This document shows, one piece after another, positions 1-10,248 of a stretch of 64,000 nucleotides of DNA. Under the pieces are notes generated by a model. That model was not told the DNA's origin. It saw only the letters and a program-made list of their open reading frames with translations, and searched no databases. The first letter of the stretch is position 1, and every line of letters begins with the position of its first letter. Made by a program: the position numbers and the translations under genes. This DNA comes from Pirellulales bacterium (lineage in GTDB: Bacteria > Planctomycetota > Planctomycetia > Pirellulales > JADZDJ01): contig CAVZCV010000020.1 in the NCBI GenBank assembly GCA_963773875.1, forward strand, positions 294,818 to 358,817, written 5' to 3'.

Positions 1-3000
1 CCGATCGGCCTGCACCCACAACTCGGAGTGCGCCACATCCACTTGGAAATGATGGCCGCGCGAATCCATTGCCGATCGCACCGCCTGTTGCACCTCGGGC
101 ACAAGCTCGCCGAGATTAATTGGCTGCCGATCCAATTTGATCTTCCCCTCCGTGACTCGAGCGACATCGAGCAAATCGTCGAGCAAGCGGGCCATTTGCT
201 CTGATTGCCGTCGAATGATCGAACTCGCTTCTTGCTGCGTCGAAAGATCGGCCTCGCCATGTGCCAGCAAATGTGTCGCCGTCAGAATGGCCGACAGCGG
301 ATTGCGCAACTCGTGCGATAGAATTGCCAGGAATTGGTCGCGTCGGCGGACGGCTTCCTGCGCCGCTTCTTCCGCCGTTCGCAGTTTTTCCACCGATTGC
401 TGCAGGTCTCGGTTAGCGACCTTCAGTTCGGCTGCAAAACGATGGCTTTCGTCCTGCGCCGCTTTGAGGATCCCGATATTTTTTGCAATCGAGGCAATTC
501 CAATCGGATTGTTCGCGTCGTCTGTCAGCAGCGAAAGCGATTTCAGGACCGGTTGCGAATCGCCAGATTTTGTCAATCGTTGCGTTTCAACGTTTCTAAT
601 CTGCACGTTTGCCAGGCATTGTCGCCGCAATTCATTGGCCTGAGCGCGGGTCGATTGCGGCTCGAGCAGTTCGGCCTTGCGTCCAATGAGCTCGTCGCGC
701 GTCCAACCATAAGCTCGTTCCGCTTCGCCGTTGAGATCCAATACAATGCCTGAAAGATCTTCGATAATAATTGGATCGGCGCCATCCATAAACACCTTCG
801 AAAGCAGCCGGACTCGTTTCTCGCTCTGTTTCAGCGTCGTGACTTCCAGCAGCTTGAGCACCACGCCTTCCACTCGGGTGCGCGTTTCGATAGGGTGTAA
901 TTCGCAGCAGATACGTGTTGCCTTGGCGATCGCGAACTTCGCGCTCCGTGCCGCTGTAATCGGTCATCACGCGGCGCAGGTCGTCGATTAAACCGTCGTA
1001 TAGGATGTTGTGAGCAAAGGTGTCGATTCGCCGCCCAACATCTTGCGGCAAAAATTGGAAGACGCGCGCCATTTGCGGAGTGAATTTCCGCACACACAGA
1101 TCGCGATCCAAAAACGCGACGCCTTCCTCCAAATTTTGGAAGAGATTGTTCAGATCGTCGGTCATCTCGGTCAGCTCGACAATCTTCCGCTGGTACTCCG
1201 CGTTGACCGTGTACAGCTCTTCGTTGACCGAGTGTAATTCCTCGTTCGTGCTTTGCAGTTCTTCGTTCGACGCAATCAATTCCTCGTTCGTGGCCTGCAA
1301 CTCTTCGTTGCTGGTCTCCATTTCTTCCAGCGTTGCCTGCAAATTCTCGCGCGTGTATTGGAGCTCGGCTTCAAGTGAGCTGAGCTGCTCTCGCGAAACC
1401 TGGCCCAAATGATACGTCTCTTCGTCAGTTTTACTTTGCGGCGGACGGACCGCGCTTTCCAATAGCACGATCAGGTGCTGATTCTCATTATTCCGGCCGG
1501 CGACCTGCCGTACGGTTACGGAGATTTCTTCTTGTCCTTGCGAAGTATTGATTCGCACGCCGGTATAACGCACCGGATCGCTGCTGGTTGAAGCGCGATG
1601 CAGTGCACCAGCGAGCGCCATTTTTAAGTCGTTTTCGAGCAGCTCCAGCACATCGGAGCTGGGCCGACCATCGCGATATTTTAGAAACCGGCTCGCGCCG
1701 CCAAAGGCGTGCACCACCTCGCGCCGATCGTTCAAGATGAACCCCGGCGGCATGTATTCATCGAGCAACGTGTCGTACGACGCGCACCAGCCCCGGTTGC
1801 GGCATCGCTGGCGCGGAAAGCGTCCCGCCCATCGGCAAGCGCGACAAGGGAAAACCGGGTGCATGCGGCACACGCAAATCGGGCGGTAGTCGGATGTCGC
1901 GCCGCTTCCGATAAATGCGCCAATGTGCATTCAGCGTTTCAAACTCGTCAGCGAGCTCGCCCGGCGTCTCACTCGGTCCCAGGCATAAAACCCCGTCCGC
2001 CTTCAGTCCAAAGTGAAACAGGCCAATGACTTTTTTTTGCGCCGCAGGCTGAAAATAAATCAGCAAGTTGCGGCACAGCACCATATCGAGCCGCGTGAAT
2101 GGTGCATCGCGAATGACATTATGCGGGGCGAAAACGATCATCTTCCGCAACTCTGCGTTCACATGATAACGATCGTTCTGCCGTTGGAAGTAACGCTGCA
2201 TCCGCTCCGGCGAGACATCGGCAATGTTTTCCAGCGAATAGATGCCGGCACTGGCGAATTCCAGCGATGTCCGATGCACATCGGTGGCGAAAATCTTCAG
2301 CGGCACAAAACGTTTGGCGGTGGCCATCGCCTCATGCAACAAGATCGCCAAAGAATAGGCTTCTTCGCCAGTCGCACAACCGGCCACCCAAATTCGCAGT
2401 TCTTGGCCTTCTTTTGCCCGCGCGATTATTTGCGGTAGCACGTTCTGTTCGAGAAATCGGAACGCTTCCGGATCGCGGAAGAATCGCGTAACACCAATCA
2501 GCAAATCTTTGTAAAGGGCGCTCAACTCGCCGCGGTCTTGCCCCAGCTGGCGAACATAGGAGGCGAAATCCGGCGCTTGCGTAATCAGCAATCGCCGCTC
2601 CACGCGGCGCTCAACCGTGGAAGGCTTATAGTGGGAAAAATCGATGCCAGATTCATCACGCAACAATTTGAAAATTGTTTGCATCCCGTCAGCATCCGAA
2701 GCCGGCGCCCTTTCCGGTTCGCCATCGATTGGCGCTGACCGCTTCACATACCGAGCCAGAGCCTCCGGCATTCGCTGCGGCGGCAGCACCAAATCGACTA
2801 TGCCCGTCTCAATTGCACTCTTGGGCATGCCATCGAATTTCGCGGTGTCTGCGTCTTGCGCCATGACCAGACCGCCCGCCTCATGGATATCCACTATTCC
2901 GCGCGAGCCATCGCTGCCGGTGCCAGATAGGATGATGCCCACGCCGCAGGTGCCGCAGTCTTGGGCAAGCGAACGGAAAAAGGTGTCGATTGGCATCGAC

Positions 3001-3374
3001 AAGCTTTGCGTCGGATCCTTATCGGTGAGCAACAGCTTGCCGCCGGAGATGCTCATTTCCTTTTTCGGCGGAATCAGATAAATCGCGTTTGGCGCAACTT
3101 CCATGCCGTCTTCAACGCGATGAATCGCCAGCTTCGTGTGCCGCGAGAGCAGCTCGTCCATCAAGCTCTTAAAGTCCGGCGATAGATGCTGGATGACCAC
3201 GTACGCCACGCCAGCGTCCAGTGGTGCATGAGCGAAGAACGTTTCCAGCGCTTCCAATCCGCCCGCCGATGCGCCAACACCAACCACCACTAGCTGCGTC
3301 GGACATTCGGCCGGCAGTTTTGCGGGCGTGAAATCACTGCTCACAGATTCGCGGGTATCGAATTGCCTCTCCAT
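1..3374 (-). CDS. Fused CheB methylesterase / CheR methyltransferase / PAS / histidine kinase (runs off the window edge; frameshifts near 1775 and 885)
   Basis: GVGASAGG, HLSPD and SGTGSDG (CheB); VTRFFRD, GCATGEEAYS and CRNLLIY (CheR); EELQSTNEEL coiled coil; two PAS-like segments; manual translation of 1-885 gives RRDQFLAILSHELRNP (HisKA). ATG at 3374 follows GAGGAG. Confidence 0.9.
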
Positions 3375-3477
3375 CTCCTCTCTCTTCAATTTCAGTGGGC
3401 ATCGACGAGCAAAACGAATGCCGATGTGGAATCTATTAATCCGACCTCGACCAATTCGGTTCTCGCAAAACGTCGGT

Positions 3478-3978
3478 CTATTGCGGCGCCGTTTGCCCTG
3501 CTTGCCAAACACCACTCCGCCCTCCGCTTTTTTCCTCCAATTGAATGCGGTCAATTACAATCCCACGCTCGGCGCTTTTGCACATGTCGTAGATGGTCAA
3601 AGCTGTTGCGCTGACAGCGGTTAGTGCCTCCATTTCCACGCCGGTTTTTCCAGTGCAATGGACCTCGGCTTCAACGCGAATTGTGGCTTCATCAGGTAAG
3701 CTGAACGACACTTGAACCGAATCGAGCGGGAGCGGATGACACAGCGGGATAAGTTCGGCTGTACGTTTCGCGGCCATGATGCCAGCCAGGCGACCAACCT
3801 CGAGCACATCGCCTTTTGCCAACTGCCGGTCGCGGATCAGCTTTAACGTTTCGGCCTTCATCCGCACCAAGCCGCTCGCCCGAGCCATCCGCTTGGTGAC
3901 CGGCTTGTCGCCGACATCGACCATCCGGCTGGCGCCTTCGTCGTCGAAATGCGAAAGTTGTTTGGTCATGGCGTTCAT
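3478..3978 (-). CDS. moaC: Cyclic pyranopterin monophosphate synthase MoaC
   Basis: [31 protein letters not shown] and KSGGRSG motifs. Confidence 0.97.
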   Translation of the reverse strand: MNAMTKQLSHFDDEGASRMVDVGDKPVTKRMARASGLVRMKAETLKLIRDRQLAKGDVLEVGRLAGIMAAKRTAELIPLCHPLPLDSVQVSFSLPDEATIRVEAEVHCTGKTGVEMEALTAVSATALTIYDMCKSAERGIVIDRIQLEEKSGGRSGVWQAGQTAPQ

Positions 3979-4214
3979 TGTAACCCAGCCCCTTTCAAAT
4001 GTGAGGCGGAATGGAATCGGTCAATAAACTACACAGTATCGCCGATTGATCCGCGCCGATAATAATTTCAATCACCCGATTTGCGATTTCTCCTAATTCC
4101 TCGCAGAAAACCACACGTCGATAGGCCCCAGTGAAATTCTCGCAACCACTTCTGTTGTTTTTCTCGAGCGTTTCAACGCACATTTTCGTCTCCGGCACGA
4201 ATTCTAATTTTCAA

Positions 4215-4295
4215 GTGAAATAACTGCAGCGCGCTTTTTCCGATGTCATGGCGTTTTTGTGTTTTCTGACCCCAGTTATTTCACAGTTATTTCAT
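4215..4295. repeat. GTGAAATAACTG motif array, copy A (one inverted copy plus two tandem copies at 11-bp spacing)
   Basis: gtgaaataactg at 4215; cagttatttcac at 4273 and cagttatttcat at 4284; same arrangement at 29741-29811. Confidence 0.8.
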
Positions 4296-4524
4296 GCCCT
4301 CCTCTCTTGGCTGATAAACTATCTCGAAATCGCCGCATCTTTGCCACTGTTTTTTCGCATATAGAAGATTCCTCCTGCCAGGCCTCGGCGCGGTGTCTGA
4401 TGTACGGCCATCGTCCGCCGCGCAAATCATCCCGAGGCTTCCGACCCGTTGCCAGCGTCGCCGGAAGCCAAGTTAAGTTTCAAGTTGGCAAAGGACAATC
4501 CAGGAACTCACACGTTCCATATGC

Positions 4525-4553
4525 ATAGTACTGTACACACGCTCCCGAGTCAA
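4525..4553 (-). promoter_or_regulatory. Putative sigma70 promoter of intergenic element A
   Basis: Minus strand reads TTGACT-17 bp-TACTAT with the spacer ending in TGTACAG; near-identical layout at 29591-29619. Confidence 0.7.
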
Positions 4554-4924
4554 TAGCAAATTTGGGCCATGCGAGAAATGCTGATAACGTTCAAGAAATG
4601 GACACCTAGTTTTTGGAGAGAAATCGCCAAAGGAGTGCACTGTCGTGCCGATTTAGCTCGTTTTCACGGAAAGCGCACGCAGCTGGTCAATAGAATCCCA
4701 GACCGCAAATCTTAGTCAGCGTCCGGTAATCGTTGCGGTCAGTAGCGAGTTCTGTAGCTCGCATATTCCCGCAGGCGTTGCTTGCGGGCCATTGCCAGCG
4801 GCAGCTGGGTTTCGGCACTGTACAGTGGGGCTGCAGCATATGCGTATGATAAACCGCCGGCTGGGGAATCTGGTATACTTGAAACAGCGCCCGTGGTCGG
4901 TAAACTCCTGACAATTTCACGCGC

Positions 4925-5539
4925 ATGGCAACTCTCATTCTCGATCCGCGGCAGTCGGAGCGGTTACAGGCGGAGCGCCATGCGCGAGGGCAGGACAAAT
5001 TCGACGAAGTTTGGGAAGGAGTTTATGTGATGGCACCGGCGCCGAACGATGAGCATCAACAATTGGCAACGCGATTAGCTCGGCCATTCTTAGACGCAGT
5101 CGAAGACCCGGGCCGCGGATTGGTCCGACTGGGGATCAATCTGGCCAGTGATCCAGCGGACTGGGAACACAACTACCGAGTGCCGGATCTCGCCGTGTTC
5201 CTGAATGATTCGCCTGCCGTATGTCACAATGCTTTCTGGTCAGGTCCGCCGGATTTTCTCGTGGAGATCGTGAGCCCCTACGATAAGACGCGCGAAAAAA
5301 TCGGTTTTTACAGCCAGGTTGGTACGCGCGAACTGCTGATCGTCGATCGCGATCCTTGGCGATTGGAACTTTACCGGCTCGAAAACGGGAAGCTCGCTAT
5401 TGTGCAAACCCTCGCGCCCGGTGATGCCGGCGCCATCGACAGCGCCGTCCTGCCAATTCGCTTCCGCCTCATCGCCGGCCAACCGCGCCCAGTGATTGAA
5501 ATCACCGCGAAGGAGACCGGTCGCAGTTGGACGATCTGA
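4925..5539 (+). CDS. Uma2-family (PD-(D/E)XK-like) putative endonuclease
   Basis: EVWEGVYVMAPAP..H, RVPDLAVF, PDFLVEIVSP, K..FY..VG and ELLIVD motifs. Confidence 0.9.
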   Translation: MATLILDPRQSERLQAERHARGQDKFDEVWEGVYVMAPAPNDEHQQLATRLARPFLDAVEDPGRGLVRLGINLASDPADWEHNYRVPDLAVFLNDSPAVCHNAFWSGPPDFLVEIVSPYDKTREKIGFYSQVGTRELLIVDRDPWRLELYRLENGKLAIVQTLAPGDAGAIDSAVLPIRFRLIAGQPRPVIEITAKETGRSWTI

Positions 5540-5784
5540 CAATTCGGCGAACGGATCTTTTCATCAAGGAGGCACAGAGCGGGCAATAATGAGAATGAAC
5601 ACGCTTGCCACAACTCACCGACCGCTCCAGTAGAGAGTCGGACTCAAGAAGGTTGAATTCCGACGGTTGATGCGCTCCAAGCCTTCTCCCAGCCCGCCGG
5701 TTTGCAGGTTTTCCGCTTTTTTACGCGCGTGGTTCCGACAGTCTACTTCGCTCACCTAAGCAATTGCGGCTCGGATGATTCTCA

Positions 5785-7748
5785 TTAAAGCAGCACGTTC
5801 TGCCAGCCTTCGCAATTATTCAGGATCGCGCCCCAATCCATTTCCACATAGGGCGTCTGATTTGAGCTTTGGGGGCCGTCGTGATTCCACAAACCGTGCG
5901 GATTGTAAACTTGAAACATTTTCGTCACCGAGTTGTAGCCCAACACGATGTAGTCGTGATTCGGGGTCAATCGAGGATTGGGCGCACTATCGAGCGTTGA
6001 AAGAACGACAGCATGTCCTCGGCTGATGGCATTGATCATCTCGGTGGGAGTTGTTGCTGGGAATTTGCTGAATTTGTGCACAGAAAACGATTTGCCACTG
6101 ACCTGCTTCATCGCAATCGTGGCCTGCCCCAGGTCGATGCCATGGTAAGAGTTCGTGCCATCCTGGCCCGTCCAACCCGACTCGTTGGCCTGCACATAGG
6201 CTTTCTCGGCCAAGGCAACCCACAGCTCATTTTTCGGGTCGGTAAAATTGTTTTGGAACATCATGCCATACTCGTCGTAGTGGACGCCAAATCCGGCTGC
6301 CCAGGCGGATCCAAATCCCAGACCAAACACTGGCAACTGGCGATTGACGGTGACGTAGTTGGCGACGCCGCCGTTGTAGAATCGAACCGTCCAAGTGCCG
6401 TCGCCGTTGTCGGCAAACATATTCTGAATGGTCGAGGGCGAATGCAGCGCGGTGTTGCCCAGCGCCGCCAGGAAGTAACAGTCGTTGATGCCATCGCCTT
6501 GGTCGATGTCGCTAAAGCTAGCGCCATTCACAAACAGACTACCGCTGACCGTTTCATAGCGAAGCGTGTGCAGTGAATTGTCTTGTGCGAGGGGTACGTC
6601 GCCACCCTTGAACCATTTGTCGACAAGCTTGTTCAAGCGATCGGCGCTACCAACGGCCAGATTTCCGAGTGCCGCACCTTGATAATGGCATTCGCGGCAT
6701 CGCCGTTGGCAATTTTCGTGGCGAAGAACCGGGTATCGGTTTGAAAGTTGATTTTGGTTCCAGCGACGAGCGCTTTCAGATCCGACAGTTCGTTGGCGCT
6801 GACGGTGCCAATATTTGGAATGACACTAAATACGCCGTCGGTCGCAATCTGCGTGTAGAGATTCAACATGTCGTTGCGATTGAGCACGCCGTCCTTGAAT
6901 TCGAGCCGAGCCAACGATCGCACGTCGGCATCTTTCAAGTAATGATCGAAAAAGTCGAAGGCCTGGTAGCCGCTCGCTGAGACGGTATTGTCTGGCCCGT
7001 AATCGGTGTATTTCGTGTTTGTGCCTTCGGAGTCGGTCAGCACGTCGGTCGCAGCGCCACCGTACAGCCGATCGTTGCCGGCTTCGCCAAACAGCCGATC
7101 GACGCCGTTGCCGCCGAATAATTTATCGTCACCGGCGCCGCCGTAAACGTAGTCGTTGCCATCGTCGCCAAACACGGCGTCGTGCCCATTGCCGCCGACG
7201 ACGGTATCGTTGCCTGCGCGGCCATCGATGTAATCGTCGCCGTCGTTGCCGTAAAGAATGTCGTCTCCGATACCACCGAGGATAATATCGTTGCCAATGC
7301 CGCCATCGACATAGGTGCCGATCGCACTACGGTTATCGAACGTGTCGTTGCCCGAATATCCGAGAAAAATAATTTGAGTCACCATCCCTGGATCAAAGGC
7401 CCGAACTTGCGGCGTGTTGATGTTGCTCAGCTGCACGGTGAGCAAGTCTGGCAAGTTGCCAGCTCCGTTGCCGGCGCGGTGATTGATGTAAACTTTTACT
7501 GAGTCGTCGTGATTGTCTGTGCCTTGAACAGTTACCACGCCGTTTGCAGGGTTGAAGCTGATGCTGCCTTCCGCCTGGGGTGGCGGTGGCTCAAAGACGC
7601 CCGAGACCGGCACGCGGTCGATGGGCCCGACAAGGATCGGGCTGACGCTTTTGCAGCGGCGATCTTCCAGCATTTCGACGGCTAATCGTCGCGTGTGGGC
7701 ACGATTCAGACGAGTGGCTTTCACAGCGGCACCAAAGAATCGACGCAT
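5785..7748 (-). CDS. Secreted protein with hemolysin-type Ca-binding repeats and C-terminal calpain-like (peptidase C2) domain; frameshift near 6680
   Basis: N-terminal RRLAVEMLEDRR export motif; GGxGxDxxx nonapeptide repeats; DQG..DCYFLAAL, LAEKAY, NHDY and YNPHG give the Cys-His-Asn triad. Confidence 0.85.
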
Positions 7749-7930
7749 GACTGAGTCCGTTTGATTTTGAGGAATGGCCGGCATACCTGCCGGTGTGGGC
7801 GGGGTACGGGTTTCAGCGGCGGAAAACTGGTGGCGTTACAAACTTTTTTGCACGCAGATTCCGATTTTCAGGATTGGTGGTCCGCGCAAGCTGCGAGGAC
7901 AGTGGAATCCGCCGGGCACGTGGTTTGCGG

Positions 7931-8317
7931 TTATCTCGTCGGGGGCGAAGCGAAGAGAAGAGGTGCAACCATGGCGGAGGAAAAGCAAAAGCACACGCAG
8001 CAGCCGCCGCATCCACGACCGTATAGTCTGCAAGCTGCTGTATCGAGATGTTGATCAACTAGAAAGACGCTCGTAACAGGCGCATAGAGCATTCCCTTGC
8101 TGGCGTTGTGGATTGTCCACTCGGGCCTATCATATATATCCGCGTTGATTGTGCTAGCGGACAAAGACGCGTGATAATCCTTTATCAGCTGAGCTGCGGC
8201 TGATTGTTCGGCCACTAGGCAAGAGCGTTGCCAACTGACGTAACCACATGGGAGAGCGATTACGATGAGTGACAAAAAGAGATGACGCACACTAAAGCGG
8301 AACAAAAGTAAAATCAT
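7931..8317 (-). CDS. Low-GC hypothetical membrane-anchored protein, candidate immunity gene (3' end possibly truncated)
   Basis: FRFSVRHLFLSLIVIAL N-terminus; lies directly after the putative toxin C-terminus; AT-richer than flanks. Confidence 0.45.
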   Translation of the reverse strand: MILLLFRFSVRHLFLSLIVIALPCGYVSWQRSCLVAEQSAAAQLIKDYHASLSASTINADIYDRPEWTIHNASKGMLYAPVTSVFLVDQHLDTAACRLYGRGCGGCCVCFCFSSAMVAPLLFASPPTR

Positions 8318-8338
8318 CTTTTCTGTCCGTTGCAGAAA

Positions 8339-8850
8339 TCACGCTGTCAAAAATGGCCTGGGTGGTTTCCAAGATGGCGAGTTAACATTGCAGTCAATAC
8401 TTATGTTCGTGTTGCAAATTCCCTTGGCTCGATCATTAGGTCGGAATATGACAGTACCATTGTCTGGGTTTTGTCCAGTGGTCAAGAGCTTGCTCATTGT
8501 ATCGTCACAGGTGACAGTTATAGTGACTGTGTCACAACGACGAAGTCGCTTGCCGCAATCGTAGTCCTCCTGCTCTTCGCCATTCTTAAAGAGTTTTCGA
8601 AGTCTGCATAGCGATTCACCAAAGTTAGCTGCCGCAATAAGTGCGTTTTTCATAGAGTCGTAAGCATTCTCAAAGCGAAGGAGGTTCTCCCAGCGAGGAA
8701 AATTCGGGATTCGCTGATCTTCTTTAATTTGCTCAAAATAATCGGGGGAGAAGCAGGAAACTACGCCCAAATATTTCCCCCCTTTGCGACAGAAGTTTTT
8801 AATCGGATCGATGCCTGGGGAATTTGCATCTATCCACAGTTGTACTTTTG
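8339..8850 (-). pseudogene. Orphan low-GC Cys-rich coding fragment, probable RHS toxin C-terminus
   Basis: Open frame with no credible start, downstream of the interrupted RHS core; composition differs from flanks. Confidence 0.45.
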
Positions 8851-9034
8851 GATTCACCTCCAGTTCCGCCGCGATCCGCCGCCCGGACCAGCCGTGCTCG
8901 TGCAGCGTCGGCGTTGCTCTGCAACCCGCCAAAACACTCTTACAGAGATGCCTCGCTAACGCGGCCTCTGCATGCGTTGCCGCAGCGCGCGTTGAGTCTG
9001 AATGATAAGGCGGGAAGTAAGGTATATTATGAAT

Positions 9035-10248
9035 GTAGCCGTAGCGAAAGCAGCACACGCGGCGGCGAATGCCGCGGGGGTCTGGTAATCCAACGCACTA
9101 TGAATCCGGCGATGATTGTAGTCCAAGCGCCAACGGTCAATCACCCATCGCGCATCATCTAAGCTCAGGAATACTTCCCGGTTCAACAGCTCATCGCGGA
9201 GCTTGCCGTTAAAACTCTCTACGTAACCGTTTTCCCAAGGACTGCCCTTGGCGATAAACAAAGTCTTCACCGCCGCCTGATCGAGCCACCGGCGCACGGC
9301 CCGAGCCACGAACTCTGGTCCATTGTCACTGCGTAAATGTTCCGGCCGATCACGCACCGCAAACAAATACTGCAAATTCTCGATCACGCTGCTCGGCGGT
9401 GAAGGAACGGGATACCTCCAAGGCCAAACACTCTCGGGTGTACTCGTCGATCACGGCCAACAGCTTCAACTGGCGGCCATCCTCGGTGCGATCGACCAGG
9501 AAGTCGTATGACCACACGTGATTGATCCGTTCTGACTCGGTGCCGAATACAGCTGTTCTCACTGCTACCAGGCAAACGGCGTCGACGCTGCTGCCTTCTG
9601 GGCACTTGCATCTGCTCCTGCTTCCACAGTCGATGGATTCGTTTATGGTTCACATCCCACCCTTGGGCTAACAAAAGTTCATGAATCCGGGGACAACCGA
9701 AACGGGGACGTTGTCCAGCCAGCTGACGCATGGCTCCGAGCAGCGACGGCTCGTCAGCCGAGCGACAAGCTTGATAGCGTTGCGTGCCCCGTGGTTGACC
9801 CAGCACCCGGCAAGCTCTGCGTTCGGAAACTCTGATCTGGCCCCAAACGACGACGGACTTCGGCGACCATCCGTCTGCGCCGTTCGGGGCTTACCAGTTT
9901 CCCTTGGCGGCCTCCCGCAGAATCTCCATGTCCAAGGCCTGGTTCGCCACCACTTTCTTCAACCGGGCATTCTCCTGCTGCAAAGCTTTCATCTCCTTGG
10001 CCATCGTCGGCGCCATCCCGCCGTACTTCTGCCGCCAGCGATAGTACGTTTGCTCCGTGATCTCCAGCATCTTGCAAACTTCGGGAACCTTCCGATCTTT
10101 GCCCAGCTCAACGTCTGCTCGGCGTAACTTGGCAATGATCTGCTCCACACTGTGACGCTGCTGCTTCATACGAAAGAATCCTTTCCGGGCCTCCGGCCCA
10201 TCAGGATTCTCTCACTTCCGCTGGCACAATTTTAGGGGAGATGGTCAG
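9035..10248 (-). mobile_element. IS3-family insertion sequence (orfA 10169-9891; orfB frameshifted; right end apparently truncated)
   Basis: orfA HTH (TYYRWRQKYGG..ENARLKK); orfB WSYDF, RSDNGPEF, SPWENGYVESFNGKLRDE and YNHRRIHSAL; left end TGACCATCTCCCCC at 10248; GGGAAAC slippery site at 9897-9903; no matching right IR found. Confidence 0.93.

Noticed and set aside
3375-3554. N-terminal extension of the CheB/CheR ORF
   Set aside because: It overlaps the end of moaC; the RBS-supported ATG is at 3374.
4215-4295. GTGAAATAACTG arrays as a CRISPR array or dif site
   Set aside because: The repeats are only 11-12 bp, in mixed orientation, without regular spacers or cas genes, and lack the 11-6-11 dif layout.
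4531-4546. Canonical LexA box
   Set aside because: Only a CTGT/ACAG half-site is present; neither copy fits CTGT-N8-ACAG.
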